Assembly (NCBI GenBank): GCA_965261395.1 | Contig: OZ253462.1 | Span: forward strand, 224,001 to 288,000 | Origin: Candidatus Latescibacterota bacterium | GTDB lineage: Bacteria > Latescibacterota > UBA2968 > UBA8231 | Direction: 5' to 3' | Length of the DNA: 64,000 nucleotides | Part shown: positions 27,962 to 39,440 of the stretch, in pieces | Position numbering within the stretch: the stretch's first letter is position 1 | Layout: each line of letters starts with the position of its first letter | Position numbers and translations under genes: made by a program | Notes under the pieces: generated by a model | Databases searched by the model: none | Told to the model about the DNA's origin: nothing | The model's input: only the letters and a program-made list of their open reading frames with translations

Positions 27962-29038
27962 TTAGCCGCTGTGCAGGATTATATCGCGGTCGTCGCCGCG
28001 CAGAGGCAGCTCGATCCAAGCACCGCCAGCGCGGTGGGAGGCGTGAAAGGCAATGATCGCCTCCAAGGTGCGCACGGCTTCCCCCACATCGTAGGAGAAG
28101 GGTTCCTCTCCGTCGAGCCAATTGACGATCTCGGCAACGGCCCGGTCCATGCCGCTGTCCGGGGAATCGTCGGGCAGGTACTCGCGATCGTCGCCGCGCA
28201 CGATCTCGATATCGCGGTTGCGGCAGATGGCGTAGCCCTCGGTGCCGTGGAAGCGGTGGCGCGGCGGCGCGGTGCCGTAGTCGGCAGCGTCAACAGTGCA
28301 GATCAAGTCGCCCGACGGCGCACCATCGGCCGCAGGCAAATCGCGTCCCAGTCGCAGCAGGCCCCAGCCGCCCGGATCGCTGAAGTCGTCGCCGCGACAG
28401 TCGAGTTTCCCCGACAGGTCGAGGGTACCGGAGACAGCGGTCACCGGCAGGCCGGTGACCATCTGCACGGCGTCGATCATGTGCGTACCGACGTTGCCGA
28501 GGCGGCCAGAGGTCCACTGGAGCGAGGCCGAGGTCAAGGTGCCAAGGGCACCAGCGGCGATGCGGTCACGCAGCACCCGATAGCCGGGGTGGAAGCGCAG
28601 GTTGTGATTGATGACGAGCAGAGCACCGGCCTTGTTGCAGGCGGACAGCATGCCCTCGGCCTCGTCAATCGTCGTCGCAATGGGCTTTTCGCAGTAGATG
28701 GCGCGGGCACCGGCTTCTACTGCCGCGTGGGTGATCTCGGCGTGGACGGGGGCGTACGTGGCGACCGAGACAATGTCGAGGGGCGCGGCTGCGCGCAGCA
28801 TCTCGCGCCAGTCGGCGAACGCGGGCACACCGTAGCGCGCGTGGAAGCGCTCGCGCCGCCCGTCGTCGCGACTGCTACCGGCGACTAGATCGACCCGGTC
28901 GTGGTTGCACAGTGCCCCCACGTGCGTGCCGTCGAGGTCCTCGACGAGCTGGCCGAGGGCGTCGCCCGAGACTTGGTCTGCACCCCCGATAAAACCCAAT
29001 CCCACGATCGCTGCACGGTATTTCGTTTCTCCTGCCAT
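27962..29038 (-). CDS. Gfo/Idh/MocA family oxidoreductase
   Basis: 'AAIVGLGFIG', 'IYCEKPIA', 'GTHMIDAV'. The ATG at 29038 has RBS AGGAGG. Confidence 0.9.
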   Translation of the reverse strand: MAGETKYRAAIVGLGFIGGADQVSGDALGQLVEDLDGTHVGALCNHDRVDLVAGSSRDDGRRERFHARYGVPAFADWREMLRAAAPLDIVSVATYAPVHAEITHAAVEAGARAIYCEKPIATTIDEAEGMLSACNKAGALLVINHNLRFHPGYRVLRDRIAAGALGTLTSASLQWTSGRLGNVGTHMIDAVQMVTGLPVTAVSGTLDLSGKLDCRGDDFSDPGGWGLLRLGRDLPAADGAPSGDLICTVDAADYGTAPPRHRFHGTEGYAICRNRDIEIVRGDDREYLPDDSPDSGMDRAVAEIVNWLDGEEPFSYDVGEAVRTLEAIIAFHASHRAGGAWIELPLRGDDRDIILHSG

Positions 29039-29067
29039 GGTATTCCTCCTAGGCGTTGCTCCAAGCA

Positions 29068-30216
29068 TCAAATCCCGAGGCCAAGCACGCGCGCACAGGT
29101 ACCGCCCATGATCGCAGCCAACTCCTCGGTGGAGAGGAACTCGCAGTAATCCTCGATCCAGCGGCGCGACTGACGATAGGTGCAGAACCGGTTCTGGAAG
29201 GGCATGTCAGTACCCCACAGCAGCCGCTCGGCCCCAATGCGCTCGACCATCTGCTCAAGCGTCGGCCACAACTCGCGGTACGGGTAGTCGAACAAGTCGC
29301 CGAGGCGCACCGGGAAGCAGACCTCCAAGCTCAGGTTCGGATTGTCGAAGGGAGTCCATATCTCGTCGGGCAACTCGATCCGACTCGGGGAACCGGAGGG
29401 CTCGTCGTCGAGGAAGAGACGCCACGGGAAGCCGTGCGTGAGGCTGCACAACGCGTCTGGGTAGCGCTCCATCCAGCGCCCCAAGATGTCGAGCTCGGCC
29501 AAGTAGCCGCGACGCTGGCTTTCCACGGTCTGCAACACCGACGCTTCGCCCGGCCCGGTGCCGAGCGTGAAGAACACGGGCACGCCGAGCGCGACCACCG
29601 CCTCCCAGAACGGACGCAGGTGCTCCCCGTCCCACGGATCGGAGCGGTAGTAGTAGGCGTGGGGCGGGTTGAACTTGATGGCGTGCAGGCAATGTTTTTC
29701 AACGGCGTCAACGGTCTCGGCGATGACGGCATCGAGTTCGCCGGCCAAGCGCCACTCATCGACGGGGGCCATCGAATAAATGCGCTCCGGATCGACGGCG
29801 ACCGACTCCGCTTGGAAGGCGGGATCGCGGCCCAGCATGGCATCGACGTGCAACAAAACCTTATCGACGCCAGCGTAGTCCATCTCGGCTAGCAGGTTGT
29901 GGGGCGTGCACTCCAAGTGAGGCAAGTTGGGCGGATAGAACTGTTTGGTAAAGTCCTCGCCGTCAATCGTCCACACCACCCGTCCCTTGTCGTGGTCAAC
30001 GCGGAAGTTGACGTCGGGCAGGTTGTCGAAGTCCATGGCCCCACCGGGAGCTGCCAGTACATCGGAAGAAGCCGGTGCGCGGTCGCGGATGCGCCAAGCG
30101 GGCTGGTGGTGGGAGGCCTGACTGCCCTGGACCCAGCGCAAGTGGTCAGCGACGGTAGGATGCCCGGCCGGAGAGTCGGCGGGAGGGAAGCAGTAGGCGT
30201 GGGAGTCAATAATCAT
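29068..30216 (-). CDS. Amidohydrolase family protein
   Basis: 'IIDSHAY', 'AEMDYAGVDKVLL', 'ERLLWGTDMPF'. Confidence 0.85.
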   Translation of the reverse strand: MIIDSHAYCFPPADSPAGHPTVADHLRWVQGSQASHHQPAWRIRDRAPASSDVLAAPGGAMDFDNLPDVNFRVDHDKGRVVWTIDGEDFTKQFYPPNLPHLECTPHNLLAEMDYAGVDKVLLHVDAMLGRDPAFQAESVAVDPERIYSMAPVDEWRLAGELDAVIAETVDAVEKHCLHAIKFNPPHAYYYRSDPWDGEHLRPFWEAVVALGVPVFFTLGTGPGEASVLQTVESQRRGYLAELDILGRWMERYPDALCSLTHGFPWRLFLDDEPSGSPSRIELPDEIWTPFDNPNLSLEVCFPVRLGDLFDYPYRELWPTLEQMVERIGAERLLWGTDMPFQNRFCTYRQSRRWIEDYCEFLSTEELAAIMGGTCARVLGLGI

Positions 30217-30246
30217 GGGCAGTACCTTGGCAGTCGCGGCCGGAGG

Positions 30247-31185
30247 TTACGAGAGCTCTCGCACAAATTCGTAGGTCCAATCGACGACCCGAAAACCGTG
30301 GTTAGTGTAGAACAGGAAAGCGCGGTCGTTGTCAAAAGCGGTGCTGATGGCACCGTGGCGATAGTCGCGCTCGCGCGCTAGGTACATAGCGTGTGCCAGC
30401 AGGAAGCGTCCGAGGCCGCGGCCTTGGTGCTTCTCGTTTACGCCGAGCCAGTCGCAGAACGCGAAGTCGTGGGCTTCGTCGGCAGCAGAGGATTCGGCAC
30501 CGCTGACCAGCTCGCACTCACCGATGCCGTCGCCATCCTGAACAGCCTGAAGTCGCAATCCCGGTCGGAGACCGGCCCCCGGGCGATCCTCGACGCGCAG
30601 CTCGTAGTCGAGGCCGCTGGAATCGCTAACCAGCTTCGGCTGCATGTCCAGCCAGTCGAGAAACACCTCGCCGCCGGTCTTGGCGTAGCCGCGGAAGCGC
30701 AGCAGGGCCTGCACGTGATCGAGGTGATCGGACAGGTAGGCGTGGGGGAAGGCGTAAAACGGGTACCGCCAGGGTTGTGGCATGACGACGCTGCGCCGCA
30801 GATCCCGTTCGCGCATCCAAGATTCGGCCGCCGCCAGCAGCGCATCGCCCACGGCGCGCTCGCCGCGGCGGTAGGCGAGAAAGCGGATCACGCCGATCTC
30901 GTCCTTCTGCCACTTTTTCGTCGCTTGGCGACCGGCGTGGACGAATCCGTCGCCACCTGAGTCTGCCACGAGGACGGCCTGCTCCAGAAGCTGCGGCTCG
31001 GCCTCACCTGTCTCCAGCGTTTCGTCTAGAGAGGATGGCGTCACCAGACCTGCCTGCAGCGTTTCGTCCAGAGAGGATGACATCACCGGCCAGCAGTGGG
31101 GGACATAGCCAACAACCAACGAGTTGTAAAGGTCGAGGATGCGGGACAGGTCGTCCGGAAGGTAGGGTCGAATCGCGATTGTCAT
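30247..31185 (-). CDS. GNAT family N-acetyltransferase (tandem GNAT domains)
   Basis: 'LGVNEKHQGRGLGRFLL...NDRAFLFYTNHGF' and an N-terminal 'IRPYLPDD'. Confidence 0.85.
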   Translation of the reverse strand: MTIAIRPYLPDDLSRILDLYNSLVVGYVPHCWPVMSSSLDETLQAGLVTPSSLDETLETGEAEPQLLEQAVLVADSGGDGFVHAGRQATKKWQKDEIGVIRFLAYRRGERAVGDALLAAAESWMRERDLRRSVVMPQPWRYPFYAFPHAYLSDHLDHVQALLRFRGYAKTGGEVFLDWLDMQPKLVSDSSGLDYELRVEDRPGAGLRPGLRLQAVQDGDGIGECELVSGAESSAADEAHDFAFCDWLGVNEKHQGRGLGRFLLAHAMYLARERDYRHGAISTAFDNDRAFLFYTNHGFRVVDWTYEFVRELS

Positions 31186-31499
31186 GGCTGGCGAGAACGG
31201 AGGGCGAAAACGGCTTGGGGGAAGCTATGGAACGCTTATCCTGTGAGTACGGGATACAAGGAAGAGTATATCTCTTAGAGAGTCAACCACCGCGCCCGAA
31301 AAGAGGCGACCCCGGTACCCCTAATTCAGCACGTGCGGGTGCCAGATCGAGCGCAGCTTGACCCACTATCAGAAACGCCGTTTATTCGGTCCGATTCACT
31401 GTCGCCTCCAACCTTACCCAACCACGGCTCCCAACACCTCAAGACATTCTCTGCGCCGAAATCACCCGCCGGGTCACCCCCATACCGTGGAGGAAAACC

Positions 31500-32429
31500 A
31501 TGTCCGTAAAACGAGCGCTACAACTCATACTACTAGCACTAGTAGCGATGGCGATTGCAATCCCGGCTTGGGGGGATGAAATCCACGAATCAGGACGGCT
31601 CGCTGACGACGGAGAAACAGACGCCCTCAGCGATATATTGCGCTCTGAAGAGCTGAGCCTAGGTCTGATTGCAGGGGCGTTGGCGCTGGCCCTTTTTCTT
31701 GGCGCGGCCCACGGCCTAGAGCCGGGACACGGCAAGACCATCGTTGCCGCCTATCTCATCGGCTCGCGCGGCACGGTAGGCAATGCCCTTTTCCTCGGCG
31801 GTATAGTCTCCTTCACGCATACTTTCAGCGTCATCCTGTTGGGCTTAGTGGCGCTCTTTGCTTCCCAGTACATCCATCCCGAACAAATTTTCCCCTATCT
31901 CGGCACAGCGTCCGGTCTCCTAATCATAGGCCTAGGCACATGGCTTTTGGTCAATCATCTCAGGGGACGAGGCTTTGGACACAGCCACGAAGAAGAGCAC
32001 CACCACGACCACAGTCATGAAGAAGAGCACCACCACGATCACCCTCATGGGGAGCACGACCACAGCCATGAAGAAGAGCACCACGGCCACAGCCATGAGA
32101 TACCCAGCAAAGTGACCCTCGGCAGTTTACTAACGTTGGGGATTTCCGGCGGTATCGTGCCTTGTCCAGGGGCGTTGGTGATCCTGTTGCTGGCCGTGGC
32201 CCTACATCGCATTGCCTTTGGCTTGCTGCTTTTGGTGGCTTTCAGCGTCGGGCTAGCCGCAATCCTAATCGCCATCGGCGTACTCATCGTCAAGGCGCGA
32301 CCGCTCGTGGAGCGCTTCTCGGGCGACGGCCGCTGGATTCAGCGGCTGCCCATTGCGAGTGCCGTGATCATCATCGTCGTCGGCTGCGCCATAACCCTCA
32401 GAACGCTGATGGACTCGGGGGTTATGTAG
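31500..32429 (+). CDS. Nickel/cobalt transporter, RcnA/NicO family, with His-rich loop
   Basis: 'GAAHGLEPGHGKT', His/Glu-rich loop, 'GGIVPCPGAL', 'FSVGLA'. Confidence 0.88.
   Translation: MSVKRALQLILLALVAMAIAIPAWGDEIHESGRLADDGETDALSDILRSEELSLGLIAGALALALFLGAAHGLEPGHGKTIVAAYLIGSRGTVGNALFLGGIVSFTHTFSVILLGLVALFASQYIHPEQIFPYLGTASGLLIIGLGTWLLVNHLRGRGFGHSHEEEHHHDHSHEEEHHHDHPHGEHDHSHEEEHHGHSHEIPSKVTLGSLLTLGISGGIVPCPGALVILLLAVALHRIAFGLLLLVAFSVGLAAILIAIGVLIVKARPLVERFSGDGRWIQRLPIASAVIIIVVGCAITLRTLMDSGVM
31980..32099 (+). repeat. Imperfect ~30-bp tandem repeats encoding HSHEEEHHHD
   Basis: CACAG(C/T)CA(C/T)GAAGAAGAGCACCAC recurs at 31980, 32010 and 32061. Confidence 0.85.
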
Positions 32430-32510
32430 GGGAAGCACCCATTGCACTTGGCGCTGATCCCCGCTCGAGGTTGTCAGCGGGAAATGATGCCCAATCCCAG
32501 TCCCTTACAC

Positions 32511-32547
32511 AAAAAAAGGGGAACCTCTCAAGGAGGCCCCCCTTTTT
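32511..32547. terminator. Bidirectional terminator between the rcnA-like gene and gltD
   Basis: AAAAAAAGGGGAACCT...AGGAGGCCCCCCTTTTT, an imperfect hairpin flanked by A and T runs. Confidence 0.65.
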
Positions 32548-32565
32548 CGTACAACCTATCGCCGC

Positions 32566-34059
32566 TCAGGGTAGCTGCGTGCTACCCATCAGATAGCGGT
32601 CCACCTCGCGGGCGGCACCCCTGCCTTCGTTGATCGCCCACACGACCAAGCTCTGGCCGCGCCGCATATCGCCAGCGGCGAAAATACCTTCGACGCTAGT
32701 GGCGTATTTCTCGTGTTCAGCACGAGCGTTGGAGCGCTGATCGCGCTCGACGCCTAGCTGTTCGAGCATTGCGTCTTCTGGCCCGCGGAACCCCATCGCC
32801 AACAGCACCAAGTCGGCCGGCCAGACCTTCTCGGTGCCCGCGACCGGCACGGGCGTGAAGCGACCGTTTTCATCCTTATCCCACTCGATATTGACCGTGT
32901 GTAGTTCCTTGACGCGGCCCTCACCGTTGCCGACGAACCGCTGGGTCATAATCAGATAGGTACGCGGATCATCGCCGAAGCGGGCTTTGGCCTCTTCCTG
33001 GCCGTAGTCGAGCTTATAGACGTTGGGCCACTGCGGCCAGGGGTTGTTGGGCGCGCGCTCGTCCGGTGGCCGAGGCATGATCTCGAATTGCGAGAGCGTC
33101 TTGCATCCGTGGCGCATCGACGTGCCAACGCAGTCGGTGCCGGTGTCGCCGCCACCGATGACGATCACGTGCTGGTCCTTGGCCGAGATGTAGTTGCCAT
33201 CCGCGTGATTGGAGTCGAGCAGGCTCTTGGTGTTGGCGCGCAAAAAGTCCATCGCAAAGTAGATGCCCGGCAGATCCCGTCCCTCAATCGGCAGATCGTT
33301 GGGCTTGGTGGCCCCGCCACAGAGCACCACTGAGTCGTTTTCTTCCACTAGCTGCGTCGCCGGGAGATCTACACCGATCTCGGTGCGGGTGACGAACTTG
33401 ACGCCCTCGGCCTCCATCAGATCAACGCGGCGCTGCACCACCTTTTTCTTGTCGAGCTTCATGTTGGGGATCCCGTACATCAGCAGGCCGCCGATGCGAT
33501 CGGCCCGCTCGTACACGGTCACCCAATGGCCAGCGCGATTGAGCTGGGCGGCACAGGCCAAGCCCGCCGGGCCTGAGCCAACGACGGCGACCTTTTTGCC
33601 GGTGCGCTTGTCGGGCGGCTCGGGCACAATCCAGCCCACCTCAAAGCCCTTATCGACAATGGCGCACTCGACGCTCTTGATCGTCACCGGCGGAGCGTTG
33701 ATCCCCAGCACGCAGGCTCCCTCGCAGGGTGCCGGGCAGACCCGGCCAGTAAACTCCGGGAAGTTGTTGGTCTTGTGCAGCCTCTCTAGCGCCTCCTGCC
33801 ACAATCCGCGATAGACCAAGTCGTTCCATTCGGGGATTAGGTTGTTGATCGGGCAGCCAGAGCCTTTGTCCCCCTGACTAACGATGTCGCCCAAGTGGCA
33901 GAAGGGGATGCCGCAGTCCATGCAGCGCGCGCCCTGATCGCGCAGGCGCTCGTCGGGAAAGTGCTCGTGGAACTCGTCCCAGTCCGCAACGCGCTCTAAT
34001 GGGTCGCGGTCTTGCGGTAACTCGCGTACAAATTCGATGAATCCGGTGGGTTTACCCAT
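32566..34059 (-). CDS. gltD: Glutamate synthase small subunit
   Basis: '[13 protein letters not shown]', '[19 protein letters not shown]', '[10 protein letters not shown]', 'GGGDTGTDC', '[13 protein letters not shown]'. Confidence 0.97.
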   Translation of the reverse strand: MGKPTGFIEFVRELPQDRDPLERVADWDEFHEHFPDERLRDQGARCMDCGIPFCHLGDIVSQGDKGSGCPINNLIPEWNDLVYRGLWQEALERLHKTNNFPEFTGRVCPAPCEGACVLGINAPPVTIKSVECAIVDKGFEVGWIVPEPPDKRTGKKVAVVGSGPAGLACAAQLNRAGHWVTVYERADRIGGLLMYGIPNMKLDKKKVVQRRVDLMEAEGVKFVTRTEIGVDLPATQLVEENDSVVLCGGATKPNDLPIEGRDLPGIYFAMDFLRANTKSLLDSNHADGNYISAKDQHVIVIGGGDTGTDCVGTSMRHGCKTLSQFEIMPRPPDERAPNNPWPQWPNVYKLDYGQEEAKARFGDDPRTYLIMTQRFVGNGEGRVKELHTVNIEWDKDENGRFTPVPVAGTEKVWPADLVLLAMGFRGPEDAMLEQLGVERDQRSNARAEHEKYATSVEGIFAAGDMRRGQSLVVWAINEGRGAAREVDRYLMGSTQLP

Positions 34060-34085
34060 TGATTTCTTTCCTGTTCAGTACCCTA

Positions 34086-37000
34086 TCAGGACGCTTCGGC
34101 CATGGCCTCGCGGAAGGCGACTAGCGCGGCCTCGTCGCCGGTCAGCCCCCGTTCCTCGACGCGCTTGAAGGCGTTGAGCATCTTGCGGTAGTCGCGCGGC
34201 ATGACCTTGACGAACTTAGGCAACACCGCGTCCCATTGGTCCAAGACGCGCTGGCCGAGTGCGCTGTTGGTGTGCTGCACGTGGCGCTCGATCATGGCCT
34301 GCAGCTCGGCGATGTCCTCGGCGTCTTCTACCGGCCCCATATCGGCCATCTCGTCGTTGAAGCGGATCGCAAAGTCGCCCTCTTCGTCGAGCACGTAGGC
34401 AACGCCGCCCGACATCCCCGCGCCAAAATTGCGGCCTGTACTACCCAGCACCACGACCCGCCCGCCGGTCATGTACTCGCAGCCGTGGTCGCCGACGCCC
34501 TCTACTACGGCGCGGACGCCGCTGTTGCGCACGCAGAAGCGCTCGCCGGCGATGCCGTGGATATACGCCTCGCCAGAGGTCGCACCATAGAAGGCGACAT
34601 TGCCGCAAATGATGTTCTCCCACGGCACGAAGGTAGAGCCTTTGGGCGGATAGAGCACCAGCTTGGCACCTGAAAGCCCCTTGCCGAAGTAGTCGTTGGC
34701 ATCGCCTTCGACTTCCATGGTCATGCCCTTAGGGGTGAAGGCGGCAAAGCTCTGGCCGGCGACGCCTTCGAACTTGAGGCGAATCGAGTCCTCGGGCAGG
34801 CCCTCGGGGCCGTAGCGCCTAGTCACCTCGCTGCCGAGAATCGTGCCTACGACTCGGTTGGTATTCTCGATCGGCAACACCGCCTCGACCGGCTCGCCGC
34901 TTTCAAGCGCCGATCTGCACAGTTCCAGCAAGGTAGTGTTGTCAAGGGCCTCGTCCAGCCCGTGGTCTTGCGGGATCTGGCAGTAGCGCCCGACTTGAGG
35001 GCCGACCTCGGGCTGGTGCAAGATCGGCGTCAGGTCAATGCCGGCGGCCTTCCACAATGCAATGGCCTTCTTGGGCTCGAGCCGGTCGGTGCGGCCAATC
35101 ATCTCATTGACGGTGCGGAAGCCGAGCGCGGCCATGATCTCGCGCATGTCCTCGGCGACAAAGCGCAAGAAGTTGACCACGTGATCGGGGCTACCCATGA
35201 ATTTGGCGCGCAACTCCGGGTTTTGGGTCGCCACGCCCACTGGACAGGTGTCGAGGTGGCAGACCCGCATCATAATGCAGCCCATCGCAACCAGCGCCGT
35301 GGTGGCGAAGCCGAATTCCTCAGCGCCCAGCAACGCGGCGATGGCCACGTCGCGTCCCGTCTTGAGCTGGCCGTCGGTCTCGACGACGATGCGGCTGCGC
35401 AGGTCGTTGAGTACCAGCGTCTGGTGCGTCTCGGCCAAGCCCAGCTCCCAAGGCAGGCCAGCGTGCTTAATCGAGGTCTGCGGCGAGGCCCCGGTGCCGC
35501 CGTCGTGGCCCGAAATAAGCACCACCTCCGCGTGGCCCTTGGCCACCCCAGCGGCGACAGTACCGACCCCGAATTCGGAGACTAGTTTGACGTTGATCCG
35601 CGCATCGACATTTGAATTTTTGAGATCGTGGATAAGCTGCGCCAAGTCCTCAATCGAGTAGATGTCGTGGTGTGGCGGCGGCGAGATCAACTCTACGCCT
35701 GGGGTCGAGTGGCGCACCTTGGCGATCCAGGGATAGACCTTGGGGCCGGGCAGTTCGCCGCCCTCGCCCGGCTTGGCACCTTGGGCCATCTTGATTTGCA
35801 GCTCTTTGGCCTGGGTCAGATAGTGGCTCGTCACGCCGAAGCGCCCAGAGGCTACCTGCTTAATAGCACTGTTTTTGGAATCGCCATTGGGCTCAATCAC
35901 GTAGCGGGCCGGGTCTTCGCCGCCCTCGCCGGTATTGCTCTTGCCGCCGAGGCGGTTCATGGCGATGGCCAAGCCTTCGTGCGCCTCCTTGCTAATCGAG
36001 CCGTAGGACATCGCCCCGCTCTTGAAGCGGCGGGTGATCTCCTCGACCGACTCGACCTCCTCGATGGGCACCGGCTCGGCATCGCCCCTGAACTCCAACA
36101 GGCTCCGCAAGGTCGCCAAGCGCTCGGACTGATCGTTGATCAACTCGGCGTACTGCTTGTACACCGCGTAGTCGTTGGCGCGCGACGCCCGCTGCAACAG
36201 GTGGATCGTCTTGGGGTTGAAGAGGTGATGCTCGCCGCCCTTGCGCCATTGATAGTGACCGCCCACATCGAGGGTGCGACCATTGGTCGGGATCTGGGGG
36301 AAAGCCGCCTCGTGGCGCGCTAGGGCCTCGCGGGCAATATCCTCAAGGCCCATGCCCTTCACTTGGGTCGTGGTCCAAGTGAAGTACTGATCGACCACGT
36401 CTTGATTTAGCCCCACGGCCTCGAAAATCTGCGCGCCCCGATACGACTTGATCGTCGAGATGCCCATCTTGGCCATCACCTTGACCGTGCCCTTGATCGC
36501 CGCGTAGATGTAGCGCTCCTCGGCCTCCGCGTAGGTATGGCCTTCGAGCATGTTTTCGCGGATCATGTCGTTGAGACTCTCAAAGGCCATGTAGGGGTTG
36601 ATCGCCTGAGCGCCGTAGCCCAACAGCAGGCAGTAGTGATGCACCTCGCGCGGCTCGCCCGACTCAAGCGCCAAGCCGACGCGCGTGCGAGTCTCCAACC
36701 GCACTAAGTGATGGTGAACCCCAGACACGGCCAACAGCGCCGGAATCGGCACGTTGTCGGCATCTACCTCCCGGTCCGAGAGGATAATCAGGTTGCACCC
36801 CCGCGCGATGGCCGCATCGACGTTGGCGCAGAGCGCGTCCATGGCTTTGGCGAGGCCAGCCTCGCCGTCCTCGCGCTTGAACAGGATCGGAATCGTCTCC
36901 GCCTTGTGGCCAAAGCGATCAACCTGCCGGAGCTTTTCTAGCTCGTCGTTTTTGAGAATCGGCCGCTGCAAGGTGATCTGGCGGCAGCTTGCCGGCTCGG

Positions 37001-38672
37001 GCACCAGCAAATTGCGCTCGGGGCCGATCTTGGTCTCGGCCGAGGTAATCAATTCCTCGCGCAGCGGGTCGAGCGGGGGATTGGTAACCTGGGCGAAGTG
37101 CTGCTTGAAGTAGTTGTAGAGGAGCTGCGGTCGCTCCGAGAGCGCCGCTAGCGCCGCGTCGTTGCCCATCGAGCCGACCGGGTCCTTGAGTACCTGGACC
37201 ATCGGCTTGATGAAGACGCGCAGGTCCTCAAACGTATAGCCGAAGGCCTGCTGCCAGTGGAGCACTTCTTCGTGGCTTGCTAACAGGGGCGCGCCTTGGG
37301 CCTCGGGCAAGTCCTCGAGCGCGACTAGGTTGGCGTCGAGCCACGCCTGATAGGGATGCTCCGTGGCGATCTGGTGCTTGATCTCCTCGTCGCTGATGAT
37401 CCGTCCCACTTCCGTATCAATCAAAAGCATCCGGCCCGGTTGCAGCCGGCCTTTGAAGACCACGTCTTCCGGCGGAATACTCAGCACGCCCGTCTCCGAA
37501 GAAAGCACCAGGGTATCGTCTTTCGCAATGTAGTAGCGCGAGGGTCTAAAGCCGTTGCGGTCGAGCATGCCGCCAACGACGGTGCCGTCGGTAAAGGCCA
37601 CCGAGGCCGGCCCGTCCCACGGCTCCATCAGACAGCTATGGTACTCGTAAAAGGCTCGCTTCTCAGCGCTCATGGTCTCGTGGTTTTCCCACGGCTCGGG
37701 GATCATCATCATCACCGCGTGTGCCAACGAGCGTCCCCCCAAGGTCAGCAGTTCGAGCGCATTGTCTAACTTGGCCGAATCAGAGCCGTCTTCGTGGATG
37801 ATGGGGAAGAGCTTGTCGATGTCGTCGCCGAAGTACTCGGAGGCCAGCATCCCCTCGCGCGCGCGCATCCAGTTGCCGTTGCCACGCACGGTGTTTATCT
37901 CGCCGTTGTGGATGATGTAGCGATAGGGATGCGCCCGCTCCCAGCTAGGGAAGGTGTTGGTGCTAAAGCGCGAATGCACCAAGGCGATGGCCGCCTCAAA
38001 GCGCTCGTCATTCAAGTCGGGGAAATAGTCCACGACTTGGTCGGAGATCAGCATGCCCTTATAGACGATGGTGCGGGAAGAGAGGCTGGCCGGGTAAAAG
38101 AAATCGCCGGCGGCGATTTCGCCACTGTAGCGAATCGCGTTTTCAGCGCGCTTGCAGATGACGTAGAGCTTGCGCTCAAAGGCCAGCGCGTCGTCGCCTT
38201 GCACCTCGCCGTGGCCGATAAAGACCTGGCGCTGAAACGGCTCGCGCATCTTGGCAGTGTGGCCCAAGGCGGCGTTGTGGGTGGGCACGTCCCGCCAGCC
38301 GAGCAGGCGCTGGCCCTCTTCCTCGACGATGCGGGCGAAGTGCTCCTCGCAGACTTGGCGCTGGGCGGAATCGGGCGGCAAAAACAACATGCCCACTCCG
38401 TACTCGCCTGGTGGGGGCAACTCAAAGTCGCAGATGGCGCTAAAGAACTTGTGGGGTAACTGCACCAACATGCCGGCACCGTCGCCCGTGTTGGCTTCGC
38501 AACCGCAGGCACCTCGGTGCTTGAGATGCTCCAAGACCTCCAAGGATTGGAGCACTAATTTGTGCGACTTGTGGCCCTTGATATTTACGACAAAGCCAAT
38601 CCCGCAGGCGTCGCTTTCGCGGGCAGGATCATAAAGACCCTGCTTTTGTGGGTATCCGGGAATACGGGTCAT
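34086..38672 (-). CDS. gltB: Glutamate synthase large subunit
   Basis: 'DACGIGF' catalytic Cys, '[12 protein letters not shown]', '[14 protein letters not shown]', '[15 protein letters not shown]', GXGXG C-terminal domain. Confidence 0.98.
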   Translation of the reverse strand: MTRIPGYPQKQGLYDPARESDACGIGFVVNIKGHKSHKLVLQSLEVLEHLKHRGACGCEANTGDGAGMLVQLPHKFFSAICDFELPPPGEYGVGMLFLPPDSAQRQVCEEHFARIVEEEGQRLLGWRDVPTHNAALGHTAKMREPFQRQVFIGHGEVQGDDALAFERKLYVICKRAENAIRYSGEIAAGDFFYPASLSSRTIVYKGMLISDQVVDYFPDLNDERFEAAIALVHSRFSTNTFPSWERAHPYRYIIHNGEINTVRGNGNWMRAREGMLASEYFGDDIDKLFPIIHEDGSDSAKLDNALELLTLGGRSLAHAVMMMIPEPWENHETMSAEKRAFYEYHSCLMEPWDGPASVAFTDGTVVGGMLDRNGFRPSRYYIAKDDTLVLSSETGVLSIPPEDVVFKGRLQPGRMLLIDTEVGRIISDEEIKHQIATEHPYQAWLDANLVALEDLPEAQGAPLLASHEEVLHWQQAFGYTFEDLRVFIKPMVQVLKDPVGSMGNDAALAALSERPQLLYNYFKQHFAQVTNPPLDPLREELITSAETKIGPERNLLVPEPASCRQITLQRPILKNDELEKLRQVDRFGHKAETIPILFKREDGEAGLAKAMDALCANVDAAIARGCNLIILSDREVDADNVPIPALLAVSGVHHHLVRLETRTRVGLALESGEPREVHHYCLLLGYGAQAINPYMAFESLNDMIRENMLEGHTYAEAEERYIYAAIKGTVKVMAKMGISTIKSYRGAQIFEAVGLNQDVVDQYFTWTTTQVKGMGLEDIAREALARHEAAFPQIPTNGRTLDVGGHYQWRKGGEHHLFNPKTIHLLQRASRANDYAVYKQYAELINDQSERLATLRSLLEFRGDAEPVPIEEVESVEEITRRFKSGAMSYGSISKEAHEGLAIAMNRLGGKSNTGEGGEDPARYVIEPNGDSKNSAIKQVASGRFGVTSHYLTQAKELQIKMAQGAKPGEGGELPGPKVYPWIAKVRHSTPGVELISPPPHHDIYSIEDLAQLIHDLKNSNVDARINVKLVSEFGVGTVAAGVAKGHAEVVLISGHDGGTGASPQTSIKHAGLPWELGLAETHQTLVLNDLRSRIVVETDGQLKTGRDVAIAALLGAEEFGFATTALVAMGCIMMRVCHLDTCPVGVATQNPELRAKFMGSPDHVVNFLRFVAEDMREIMAALGFRTVNEMIGRTDRLEPKKAIALWKAAGIDLTPILHQPEVGPQVGRYCQIPQDHGLDEALDNTTLLELCRSALESGEPVEAVLPIENTNRVVGTILGSEVTRRYGPEGLPEDSIRLKFEGVAGQSFAAFTPKGMTMEVEGDANDYFGKGLSGAKLVLYPPKGSTFVPWENIICGNVAFYGATSGEAYIHGIAGERFCVRNSGVRAVVEGVGDHGCEYMTGGRVVVLGSTGRNFGAGMSGGVAYVLDEEGDFAIRFNDEMADMGPVEDAEDIAELQAMIERHVQHTNSALGQRVLDQWDAVLPKFVKVMPRDYRKMLNAFKRVEERGLTGDEAALVAFREAMAEAS

Positions 38673-38712
38673 TTTAATTTTCCCTTGCTCGATCTTCTAA
38701 AAAAGAAGGTCT

Positions 38713-38740
38713 AATATATGGATTACGACTACGTTGTCAA
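38713..38740 (-). promoter_or_regulatory. sigma70-type promoter for gltBD
   Basis: TTGACA-N16-TATATT on the minus strand. Confidence 0.6.
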
Positions 38741-38781
38741 ACACCCTTACGCCAGTTTCCACAACTTTCTTCAAACATCCC

Positions 38782-38811
38782 TTGACAGCACTATCACATA
38801 TGGCCTAAATT
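38782..38811 (+). promoter_or_regulatory. sigma70-type promoter for the Lrp-family regulator
   Basis: TTGACA-N18-TAAATT on the plus strand. Confidence 0.5.
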
Positions 38812-38847
38812 GCGCTAAATTTCACTTCTAAAAGGACAATTCAGGCC

Positions 38848-39423
38848 ATGAGACGTTTCGACAAACAAGAGCAACAGATCATCCGCACCCTCATCCGCAA
38901 CCCCCGCTGCTCGGACAATCGCATCAGTACCTTGACCGGCGTGCCAGTGCGCACTGTCAGCCGCAAGCGCGCCCGCCTCGAACAGGAAGACATCCTCTTC
39001 TACTACGCGGCGGTCGATATGCAGGCTCAAGGCACGGGCCGCTTTTCGACCCAGCACATGCTAACCATCAAGTTCAAATTGGGCATCACCCGCAGCCAGA
39101 TCGTGCAGGAAATCCGCTCCGAACCCAATGTCGCCAACGTCTTCAGCGAGCTAATCCGCGACAGCTATATCGCCGAAGTAGATGGCCATATCGCGTTGGT
39201 GATGGTCGTCGAAGGCGAGTCCGACAGTGATGTGGCCGAAAGTGTCCAGGGCAAGATCATCCCCTCGCTGCAAAAAAATCACGGCGAGGACTCGATCCAA
39301 GAGATGCAAACCATCCGCTTGTTGGACCCCATCAGGCGGCTGCACAACTATTTGCCCATGGTAAATACGAAGGCGGGTTTCATCGTCGACTCTTGGCCCG
39401 ACGACGCTATTTTCGTCGAGTGA
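38848..39423 (+). CDS. Lrp/AsnC-family transcriptional regulator
   Basis: N-terminal wHTH 'DKQEQQIIRTLIRNPRCSDNRISTLTGVPVRTVSRKRARLEQE'. Divergent from gltB. Confidence 0.75.
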   Translation: MRRFDKQEQQIIRTLIRNPRCSDNRISTLTGVPVRTVSRKRARLEQEDILFYYAAVDMQAQGTGRFSTQHMLTIKFKLGITRSQIVQEIRSEPNVANVFSELIRDSYIAEVDGHIALVMVVEGESDSDVAESVQGKIIPSLQKNHGEDSIQEMQTIRLLDPIRRLHNYLPMVNTKAGFIVDSWPDDAIFVE

Positions 39424-39440
39424 GCGCGGGAAAACGGCCC

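Noticed and set aside
31980-32099. His-tract repeats or the 33-bp repeats at 19375-19455 as CRISPR arrays
   Set aside because: They are contiguous in-frame coding repeats without unique spacers, and no cas genes are present.
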